NCBI GenBank assembly: GCA_002633005.1
Contig: NMRA01000099.1
Coordinates: forward strand, 124,001 to 188,000
Direction of reading: 5' to 3'
Length of the DNA stretch: 64,000 nt
Origin: Phoronis australis
Taxonomy: Eukaryota > Animalia > Phoronida
The stretch's first letter is position 1. Every line of letters begins with the position of its first letter. The position numbers and the translations under genes are program-made. Below are positions 54,001 through 64,000 of the stretch, piece by piece. Under the pieces are notes generated by a model, which worked only from the letters and a program-made list of their open reading frames with translations, ran no database searches and was not told the DNA's origin.

Positions 54001-56357
54001 TATTTGATTCTAATGTTTCGTAAATCATTAGCAACATCACAGTGAAAAATGATCAAAAATATCACTTTAATGTCATCTCATGTAGATTCTTTACAGAAGA
54101 CTTGGTTTTGTAAATGTTTATTTTCCAAACAATTGCATTTTTTCTAGATTGGAAGGTGAATTGAACGTCCTCTAATTACCAAGTGTCCTATACGCTGCAT
54201 TTTAATTGTTCACTCAATGATCAGGACAAAGTCAGCTGTTTCTTCTTTTCTTTTTTATGAACAAAGCCCCAGAAATCGCTTTCGCATTATATCCAGGTTT
54301 TCATTCATTCCCTTGCATACAATCATAAGTAGTAAGACCGAGCTAAGGAGTAGGGACACCTTTACGCAATGCTCGATTGTCTGCATTAAACCCAGGGTTC
54401 ATACCCAGGACTCCTAAACGGAGCCACACAGTCTGCTCGACGTCACTGGCTCCTCACTTCTGTCTGGATTTCAATTACAGGGAGTCAAAAAAAAAGGTTT
54501 CACAATTGCTCAGGGCATCCATTGACCGATGACACATGACTGCATTTTGATGACCCCAAGTCAAATTGCTGTTATAGTTTGGTATGTTAATGTAAAGACA
54601 TAGGTCTACAATCAAAGAGTATTATATATCTAACATGAAATATCATGCTAATGAGCCCCCAGATTTGCTGGTAGTAAGAAAAGAGACACCCGTGCTTATT
54701 TGTTCACTTTATTTTTGTGTTCAAAGTCTGTCCAAACACTGAAGAGCGTCTAAATTTGAGTCTGAGGATGTCCATGCGGATGTCCTGAATGCCCTTATAA
54801 ATGAAGGTCTGCATCGCAGCTTAAGAAAAAAATATTGGTAACAATCACAAATTTCAAAAGATTTCTGCTTAGTAAAGACAAAAATCATCATGAAAAGAAT
54901 CCTATGTTGACACCTCAACCGGTCAAGATTCAGATTGGACAACTCAATTGGCTTGCACACCACAGAATCTGCCAGTTTAGATCAAAGACACCATGCTGTT
55001 GTGGTTAATTAAATCATCTCAGGTTGCTGATGTTATCATTCTTTAGATAACGAGACTGCCCATTGGGGGCGACAATGGTATTTTAAATTTTTGTTTTGAA
55101 AATTTCGAAATAGCATATTTGAATAGTTCATGCAAAGCATACAATTAGGTTTCTGAATTTTGAAAACTGGATAAGAAATGTGAGTTTGACAACCTAAAGC
55201 ATTTGTTTAATGTTCCTCATTAATTCTGCTGGGTGTGCAACAAAATTGGGCTAACTACCAAACCACCAGGCAGCAGTTCAATTCTGAAGTAAGCCAACTG
55301 TCACGTACAACTCTTGGCATGAATAGGAAGGTACACATGAGCCGCATTTACAAGCGGAGACAGCTGGCATGGTGCAGCTAACATGGGACAGCTGATCAGG
55401 TGCAAGTGTGGGTGTGAACACAGCTGACACAGAGCAAGTCACACTGCAGCCGTAAATTTTTTGACACTGTTTTAATGGGTAGAGCGAGTTGCTCTTGATC
55501 AGTTGCTCTAGTTTCAACTACATGTCTAAATACAACTGGGACAGGGTGGAAAGGGGTCATCTTTCAATGTGCTTGCGCAATAGCGTATATTCGGGTGATC
55601 AGCTGGCAATCCATGTGGTTTGAACATTCGCTATTGTTTATGCGAACAAGCGCAGGTAGTCTTCGTTCTAGTAACTCATGCTGATCCAGTTTACAATTTA
55701 ATGTCGTGTAAATGCGCTATGACAACTGACACGATGACACTTGTCTCTCGTGTAAAAGCAGCTATGGAGAGAAAAATAATTAAAAAAAACAAATAGACTT
55801 AATATTGGTTGGTTGACACTAATAACACTAAGATGTCAATCTACCACAATAAATGATTTTGAATACTCAGTTCTTTCACGATTATGTCATGACAGCTGAA
55901 CGAATGCCAAATTCATTGTCAAAGTAGTCTTCCCTCTTGAAAATGGGGAAATGGTATTTTGGCTGATTACTTTAGCCTTATAGTATTACGAGGACTAAGA
56001 TTGTGGAAACACAGCTTGTTTTTCGGAAAGAACATGAAATCAGATGAGTTATTCTCGATACTCATATAGCAGAGAATCAGACAGCTGCGATAGCCGTTGG
56101 AATGATCTAACCACAGAAAGAGAAATCAGAAAAATCCGACCAGAAACTGCGAAGCTATGGCTCTGCAAACAGAAAAAGGGGAAAATGGCTGCCACAGTGC
56201 CATCTTGTTTTGAATTTCAACAAAAAACACTAGGATTCGATCCATTCATGAGATATCTGTTGTGTATAAATTTCACTTTGATCCGATAGGAATTGTGTTC
56301 GAACAAGAAACAAACAAGAAACTGTCAAACTTTATGACAAAGCAACATACTTATTAC

Positions 56358-57107
56358 TTAGTAAATATTAGAGAAAAAACCATGCTGTATGACAGTGTAC
56401 AGTGGAATCAGAATGTTTTTGTAGTTGTGCCTAATGCAGAACAAAATATGGCATAACAAAGACATAATGACAATAATAAAAATAGCAATAATAATAACAC
56501 TAAGAAGAGGGAATTTTAAATGTTTTATGATTTTTTTACCATTCCCATAATTATTACCATTGCCATGATTATCACCATTATTATTAACATTACTACCAAT
56601 ACCATTAGTACCATTAACACTATTATTATTACTATTGCCGTGATTATCACCATTATTATTAACATTACTACCATTACCATTAGTACCATTATTATTATTA
56701 CTACCAATACCATTATTATTAACATCACTACCGTTACCATTAGTACCATTATTATTATTATTACTACCATTACCATTAGTACCATCATTACTATTACTAC
56801 CAATACCATTATTATTAACATCACTACCATTACCATTAGTACCATTATTATTATTACTACTAATACCATTATTATTAACATTACTATCATTACCATTAGT
56901 ACCATTATTATTAAGATTACTACCATTACCATTAGTACCATAATTATTACCATTGCCATGATTATCACCATTACTAATAACATTACTACAATTAACATTA
57001 GTACCATTACCACTACTATCATTATTACCACGTCTAAAAGGATTCCACACCATGACTTGAATGATGGAGATAAAGTTTGAAAAAGGATAAAGAATGCTCT
57101 TCTCCAT
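56358..57107 (-). CDS. Candidate Asn/Gly-rich low-complexity protein with C-terminal hydrophobic (TM-like) segment; coding status unproven
   Basis: 249-codon ORF with a possible second ATG at 57053 (gtcATGg). About 165 aa of GTNGNGS(N/D)VNNNG(IGS/DNH)-type repeats, then KKIIKHLK and FPLLSVIIIAIFIIVIMSLLCHILFCI. Confidence 0.35.
   Translation of the reverse strand: MEKSILYPFSNFISIIQVMVWNPFRRGNNDSSGNGTNVNCSNVISNGDNHGNGNNYGTNGNGSNLNNNGTNGNDSNVNNNGISSNNNNGTNGNGSDVNNNGIGSNSNDGTNGNGSNNNNNGTNGNGSDVNNNGIGSNNNNGTNGNGSNVNNNGDNHGNSNNNSVNGTNGIGSNVNNNGDNHGNGNNYGNGKKIIKHLKFPLLSVIIIAIFIIVIMSLLCHILFCIRHNYKNILIPLYTVIQHGFFSNIY
56535..57030. repeat. Compound (ATT/ACC)n triplet-periodic low-complexity array
   Basis: Recurring blocks accattaccattagtaccattattatta, accaatacc and ttgccatgattatcacc, with triplet register preserved throughout. 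Confidence 0.95.
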
Positions 57108-57323
57108 TATGTTATCGGTTTAGTACTTAATAAACAACACAGTCACTAAAGCGTTTTCTTCAATTATTATCCTTTATGCAAGGTGAAAGTCTTAAGTTTT
57201 CCCGTGCTTGCGTTTATAAAATTTGAAACAAGTTGGCTACAGGTACATAATAAGAGACCATACTCTAAACAAGATTATGAAGAGTTCTGGTAAAATCAGC
57301 TTGGCTAATACAGAAAAGAGCTA

Positions 57324-59996
57324 CGGTATTCATCCTAATAAGCACCCATACCCTTATAAATGACCTCCACACATTTTCAAACTTTGCTAAAATAAGCGCC
57401 CAGTCCATGAACGCCGTGTAGATGCAAAAAATGCCTTACCTACAGTTCTAAAATTCTACAGTAACATTGTCAATTTATCAATAAGATCCGATAGTCCTGA
57501 AAAAATCATTGTGCATGGAATTTGTAGACCACGAGCCTCGTCGTTATGTCAGTATTTAGCTGTGACTATACACTTCAAACTTCCGCCTTGCTTCAAAAAG
57601 AATGCAAGTTTTGCTGATCTTCCGAGGGACATGTCCTATCTTGGTCTGGCCTTTCAATCAGAACAGACGCAGCGTACTTGTCAAAGGGATTATATGTATC
57701 ATAGTCTATGATTGTCTCTTTCCCTCAACAGGAATCCAAATTGCTTTGGAAAATCGCGAATCGAAGACTTGTAAAAACTTGACCTTTGTTCAGTTAAAAG
57801 CACGTGGCCAGGAAGCCCGCGTAACGTTCAAGTACCTGTCATCAAAGATTAGTCTTCGGGAACTATCTATTCATGAAACGGGTATCATAGCATCGGCAAG
57901 AAATAAATACTGGCACTTATTTCTGAAAGTTTCTAATACCGTAAAAAACGTTTGCGTTAATTTTAAAGAGGAATCATTAAATTAGTCGTAAGTGGCATTT
58001 TTAACGTCAAAATGACCCACTGAGAGTGAACACATCCGCACCTTTACACCCCCCAGAACCCCCGCAAAATAACTGATAGACTGTCACGGATCCAGTCATC
58101 CGGCGACTCAATGACATCAGCCTTACCCAGACAATTCTCAAACGTTTTTAAGCAGATGAGATCAACAAGTGCTAAATAAAACACATTCTGCTTTACTGCT
58201 AGTGTTAATTTCCTTAGTATGCACACCTCGATCGTTACATCGCATTTACTCTGGCAAATGAACTCATGACACGCACACACTCACTCACTCCCACAACACA
58301 CAGACGAACTTCAAAACAAACATCACGTGACAACAAAATGTGTGTTCGTCCAGAGATTTTTCTCGTATTGCGGAGTACGATCTAGTGCAGATTTGGACTT
58401 ATATGCAGTTAAGGATATCTCCAACCTTATTCACAAAAATTGGCCATTTTTACAATATTTCACTTGATACCTTATCTTATCTTCATTCTCAGGGAACTTC
58501 AAACACAAAATATATACCGCGTAGCAAGAAAAAAAGATTAAGCAGAACCACCTTCGAACCCCACAACCGCATGGATATTTGTTTACTTCTTCTCCAAGGT
58601 CAAAGGTTAAAGTGCATTCAATTAAATCGAATCTCCAGCCAGGTACAGAACAGCTTCACATACCTTCAGTCCTTTCATTCACAAAGTCACCATGACATTA
58701 AGCCAACGAGGTGTACTTATGATAGAATGGTGCCCGGGAAAACAAAGACAAAATGTAGTTTTGATCCTAAGCGAGTTGTGCGTCTACATGCATAACGACC
58801 GTTGGCGTTGAAAACGAATGCTACAAGTGGCCTCAGGCCTCTGTGGCCATGAACACAGAAAGTTGTGAAGAGATAAATTATCACCCTAATTCCTTAATTC
58901 AATTAAAAAGTTGACATTTCGATGTTTCAATCTCATGCTAACGACATACTATAACCACCAATTCGATTTTTGTAATCCATTTCTTACTTGGTTTTGTTTA
59001 AGTCTCCCAGCACGTGACATGTACAGGCTATGAACAGTGACCTACTTAAGAAAGAAGGTCATAAATAACAGTAAAAGTTGGCTGGGAACAATACGTGTAT
59101 TTGAGGTTTTAATGATAATTAAGTTAGTTACGCACTGCAAAGTCAGTTCACATTGGGAGTGAATGTTGAACTAGCTAACATAGTTAAGGATTGTATAGGT
59201 GTACCGAAAACAAATTTTCACCGAATAATTAACCGAAGACTTTGAGATTTTCACTTGTCCCAGTTTAATCAGCTTTTTCTCGGCTTCAGTAAATCGACTT
59301 TATTTGAACTTAGGAACACTAGTTCTCGAAAACGGCTAAATGATTTCGCTGAAACTTTCCAGATCTAATATTTAGTCACCAATCTCAGAAACGCTGTTAG
59401 GATTTTTGATATAAAGGTCTAGTTTTTGCGTAATGTGACAAAGACAAATAAGACTTCAATTTTTTACAAAAATACCTTACGTTTTGCGAGATGATTTGTC
59501 ATAGAAACCAAACGAACAGACTAATCGAAAATTCCTAACAGCGTTTTTGAGGTAACTGGTGAAGTTTTCATTTTAAAAAGGTTTCATTAAAATCGACCGA
59601 GGTGTTATTTTGTTATGAATGTACCTTTCTTAAAGATGAAATTTTGACTTAAAAAAGGTTTTTGTGTAAAAATAATAATGGTACATAAATACAAAAAGTA
59701 TATTTACATTTCCTGGTCTTTGTTCTTTCAGAAAATATAAACTTTTACTACTTAACAAAGCTTAGTTTTTTTTGATATACAAGTTAGAATGGAGGCCACT
59801 TAATAAGGTTGAAGATAACCTTAATCCCGACTTCACAGGTTACAGATGCGTCATAGAGCGTAAACTTGATAAATTCTAGCTGAGGATTTCATCTCTTTCG
59901 GAGACTGGGTTTCAACCACTTTTGGGCTATAATAAGCACCCCCTTCCTAAAGCGAATTTTTCTAAGCACCCTGGGCGCTTATTAGGGCGCATGCGG
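57324..59996. mobile_element. Second pogo-type non-autonomous element (taataagc[a/g]ccc subterminal motif)
   Basis: TA|cggtattcatcctaataagcaccc ... gggcgcttattagggcgcatgcgg|TA; imperfect TIRs, with aataagcaccc/aataagcgccc repeated near both ends. Confidence 0.6.
59188..59820. mobile_element. TTAA-flanked (Kolobok/piggyBac-like) non-autonomous element nested in the 57324-59996 element
   Basis: TTAA|gg ... cc|TTAA ends. Interior blocks match other copies: aact..ggaaca....t.ct..gaaacggct at ~23845, and ttctttcagaaaa.ata.actttt...acaaagc.tagtttt.ttgatat...agataacctt at ~29720-29815. Confidence 0.45.
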
Positions 59997-61110
59997 TAAT
60001 CCCGTTACTTTACATTAAATTTTGACTAACGGGGCTCTGTTACAAAGTTCATGGTACCTGGCCCTATATGACATTCTTTGAGATGCTTATTCTTATATTT
60101 CCCAAAAACTTAAAATCGGATTGCATGTACTAAACAACGGTGCTGGCTGTAACTACCATTGTGAGATTACAAGTGGTGGTACTTGGTGCGCAGTACATTA
60201 CTTTCCCAACTTTTTTTATTTTGCTCGCACGCTACAGGTCCTAGTTCCCCTTTGATTGACAAAATCATTAACAAAAGAGAAATAGCAAGCAACATGCGGC
60301 TCCTGAATAGCTTCAGGACTACTATGGTCAGATCCAAGATGGCGGATGTGGCAGCCACCTTGACTTGAAAATGACACTGTAACATGTCGCCGTCATCATC
60401 ACCAGTATCATTATTGAATTTCGCCAAGGATCACAGAGAACAGTTTCATTTGATCCATAACAGAGAAAGCTTCATGAAGTCAAATGGGAATTTCTGCCAT
60501 TCTAAATTATATTGTGTATTGTGTTGAGCTTGAATTGAAAATCAATATCTTGGAAATGAAGGTATGCCAGCAAAACTACATGTTGCCACAACGCTAATAA
60601 TTCGACGTCATGATTTTAGTTGATTAGTACTTAGTTTTTTGTTTACAGATAGTGAAAAAATGGATCTGCGTGCCACAGTCACCATCTAAAATTTTGCTTA
60701 ACACAATCGTGACTAGAATGTAATCATTAATAATACAATCTATGAGTTTTCCTTTCAGGAATTCAAACATTGAACCATTTAGTAGTCGGGTTATCAATCA
60801 CCATTTGAAATCAAACACAATTCTTTGTCTTTCAGCAATAACTGATTTACACATTTTTCAACTGGGCCAGAAACAATGAATGATCAAAACGAGCATTTCC
60901 TGAAAAGTACATCTCTTCCTCAACACTTCCCGTGTAGATATTGATGCCTGACAGCAGATCACGGTTCACAAAGCTTTTAAATACTCTGATTTTCCCTTCG
61001 ACTGATACTTCCTGTCACTACTACGGCAGAACTCACGCTTCACAGCCAACGTACAGGAAGGCACTCGGGCAAAATCATTCTCCAGTATACACCAAGTATT
61101 CAGGCAATTA

Positions 61111-61290
61111 CCGTAAACTCGCGGGTCAACGCCCATGCAGGTGTAATCGCCCATCCCCAACTTTTGGTCAGTTTTCAGTTTTAAGAGCGCACTGCTTGAG
61201 TAATCACTCATCCCCTACTTAGTGCAAATTTCCTCTAAGCACCCACCAGTCTTGGGTAATCGCCCATCCACAACTTACCGCTTACAGAAC
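61111..61290. mobile_element. Left end of a pogo-type element (right end not located)
   Basis: TA|ccgtaaactcgcgggtcaacgcccatg followed by taatcgcccatcc and taagcaccc subterminal repeats. Confidence 0.6.
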
Positions 61291-63172
61291 TTGAGCTTGA
61301 ACTCGGTGCTTTTGTTCACAGCTTCGCCTCGGACTCACACTTCCGTGTTTGCGAAAACACGGAGTGCTAATACAGCTGCTGTCTCGAAAAATGCGTTTTC
61401 AGCTGGCGTTTGTTTCACAACTCAAGAACTGCAAATAACTTTTTTAAACTACTCAACTGATCTTTTGTTAACTTAAAATAGGCCTACTCTGTACATTTTT
61501 ATAGAAGTGGCGCTAGTCTACTACGAGATTAGTCATCGTTTAGAGATTAAATGTGGATGCCCCGTTGTGATGAAATGGCGTAATTTTGCAACAAGCACAT
61601 AAACTGATATTAATAGCCAACCGAATGAATGTGCTCCCATTCCTTAGAACCTAACAGTCTTGGGTCATATGCTCCAAACACTCACCCCATGCGATTTCTT
61701 TTAAAACTTACCAATTAAGTTCACGGTTTGTCGCCCTGATTTTGGAAAAAAACAATTCCAACTTACAGCTTACCGTCCTGGTATTTTGGCTGTTTGGTGA
61801 AAGAAAACATATGTTAAAAATCCGTACAAGAAAAAATCCACTGGATCATTCAGGACTGCCTTTTTACCAAGCTAACTTGGTGGTGACCGCGGAGCAGCTA
61901 TTTCATTTTTTCTCCGCCCTCATCCTTGCATTTTAGTGACGTCAGTAAACCCACGGTGAAAAAAATATGGACCAGACTGTGACGTTATTTGCGAGTACAA
62001 GTTTCATGAGTGCGCCTCGCAAATATTAGGCCTGTTCTGTTGCGATATATCGCTATCCCTTTAATGTCCAACTTTCAACAATAGAATAGCGTTCAGATAT
62101 GCTGGGAAGCGGGAGGCATTATTCAGCAACTAACCAGTGCAAACACAAAATGTTCGTGCTAATAAAAAGGATATGGGTGTTTTCAGTGTGCGGCAGTGTG
62201 AATGGAAGTCGTGCGCTAATTGCTGTTAACTAAACTCAAAAGTATGCAGTATCCAATATGGCGCTGCCTTTTACCAACCTTTACAACTGTGAAGATCACA
62301 AGACGTCAAGGAGAATACAATAAACTTTTATTTTACAAAAACTGCAAGAAACACACTCACAATACCACCGCACTTATAACTTACAACAGGGAAACTTACG
62401 TTTCAGGCCACAGGTCGGAATGGACCTGCCACCCAAAAGATGAGGCAATCCTAAAGATGCAAACGCTGTCACAGTATGGCAGATGGGGGGACTGTTGGAC
62501 ACGTTCCGAGAGGACTATGCAATTATTTTGTTCACATAGTGTGACAGAAACTCGTGCTGTGTTCTCAGGTACGTTGCAACATGGCGGCGCAAATACGTGG
62601 GCGGGGTGGAACAACTTTCGTGATAAAAGTGATTTTGTTCAGATTTCACACGACATCAGACAATACGTTGACATTGACATGATATACTTGTAGTTCTTCA
62701 GAGTTAGATCTTCACTTCTACACTGTTTGTAACTCGCACATTTATGCAAATCGTTTTATGTAAAACTGCATTCATGTTAGGATATTGTGTCCTGTGTTGA
62801 AGAGACTGTTACTGGTATTTGTAGTTATGTAACACGTCTTTCCTTTTTAGTGTACTTAATTGCCATAACAGTACAGTACATGGTGGTATTACGAACCTTA
62901 GGTGTAACAACCATGAGAAAACAGTGTTTGATGTAGGAATCCCTATTATGAAATAGAAACAAAACAGTTATGCTCTATTACGGCAAACGGGACTTTTAGG
63001 GTAGGGCTTCGGAAAGTACCCGATAGAAGCCTACTTACGACATCTTGGTCGTCACTGACGTAAGTATGCCTAGGTGACAAGTTTTCGAATTACCTCGTCT
63101 GGATTTACTTTTTTGTATCAGGCACCATTTCCGATGCTTATTCGAGTTTCAGTAGTCAAAAAGACCAAATTT

Positions 63173-63396
63173 TTAGTGTTTGGCAAGAACAGGAGTAAAA
63201 CTTCGAGACATCGCAATGTGACAAGAACTCTCGCACTGTATCACTCCTAAGTCTTCTTTAGCTACTTTTTGCATAAAAACATTCATGTATTTTATTATCC
63301 TTGTTTGTTCTCCATCTCGTGTTAAGTAGTTCACTGTGTTACCATCACCCAATGTTTTCCAGTGGGAGGACACTCTTGCTTTGACAATTCCACTGA
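63173..63396 (-). CDS. Candidate terminal coding exon of an unidentified gene
   Basis: Pyrimidine-rich acceptor (...gtatgcc, T-run, cag|) followed by an open frame SGIVKARVSSHWKTLGDGNTVNYLTRDGEQTRIIKYMNVFMQKVAKEDLGVIQCESSCHIAMSRSFTPVLAKH ending in TAA. Family not recognised. Confidence 0.35.
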
Positions 63397-63679
63397 CTGA
63401 AAAAAGGCATACAAAGTTAGAATTCATAACACATACCCGACTTGCAGGTGTGTAATGCATGTTGAAAACCCCATTCACTTTTCCTCAAGGGCATGTATGA
63501 AACACAAAGTCTGCAGAAGGAAAAATATAAGTTAAAACAAACAAGACTGTAATTTCATTCTTTTTTTAAAGTTAAAGGTTTCATCAGTTTTGAATGCAAT
63601 TATTGAAACCTATGAAAATCTAGAGAATAGGTTCGCAATTGGTCTCTAGAGGCATTGTAGTATGTAAAAATGGTCACTT

Positions 63680-64000
63680 ACTTAGAGACGTGGTTGAACT
63701 TAACAGACGTTTCGACCTGGTCCGCCAACTTAGTTTAGATTCAAAGAACATCTGAAACTAGACAGACCAACAGCTGTGGGGGAACATATTTTGGCAGCTG
63801 GGCATACCATCTCTCTGGTGTCATCCAGGATCCTAGCCAAGGAACAAAATTGGCAAATTCGTAACCTCAAAGAAGCCATAAACATCAACAGTCAGCGTCC
63901 CCTCTTGAACCGGGACAGATGATTCCACTTACCCCACGTGTAGTCCAGCATTCTTAACGAACGAAAGGCGGGAAATTCCTCATTCATCGACAAAGACCAG
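63680..64000 (+). mobile_element. Penelope-like retroelement fragment (GIY-YIG endonuclease C-terminus), 5'-truncated with inverted terminal segment
   Basis: From 63737: RFKEHLKLDRPTAVGEHILAAGHTISLVSSRILAKEQNWQIRNLKEAININSQRPLLNRDR*FHLPHV*, carrying the Penelope motifs RFKEH, AVxEH, H, KEAI and LNRD. The upstream cagacgtttcgacctggtc ends in the reverse complement of the window-terminal gaccag. Confidence 0.85.

Noticed and set aside
56520-57080. Ile/Thr-rich (+) and Met/Val/Ile-rich (minus) ORFs overlapping the Asn/Gly ORF
   Set aside because: These are alternative frames of the same triplet repeat, confined to it, with implausible all-hydrophobic composition.
60238-60368. Plus-strand acceptor-like site, short ORF and YY1-like CAAGATGGCGG motif
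   Set aside because: No homology and no partner exons; such motifs are common in the local transposon-derived DNA.

Overview
This is AT-rich, repeat-dense animal genomic DNA; a lophotrochozoan/mollusc-like invertebrate is my inference from the repeat and GPCR types. There are no prokaryotic operons, CRISPR arrays or rRNA/tRNA genes. Four phase-compatible minus-strand GT-AG exons (10853-10917, 4327-4496, 3175-3305, 1853-1963) splice into the middle part of Integrator complex subunit 8 (INTS8). I could not find the next 5' INTS8 exon in the remaining ~53 kb, so that stretch may be one large intron. It holds an intact single-coding-exon sex-peptide/MIP-receptor-like GPCR on the + strand (50037-51074), an Asn/Gly-rich ORF with a C-terminal hydrophobic segment (56358-57107, minus) and a candidate orphan terminal exon (63173-63396, minus). 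The rest is mostly transposon debris: a pogo/Tc1-mariner-type MITE family (TA target duplications, CCGTA..TACGG ends, one fold-back copy), a hAT-type MITE nested inside it, LINE remnants split by those MITEs, a Penelope GIY-YIG fragment with an inverted terminus, a SINE remnant and small tandem arrays. I found no convincing new biological system; the best leads are the Asn/Gly ORF and the nested-gene layout. Protein assignments come from remembered family sequences, not database searches.
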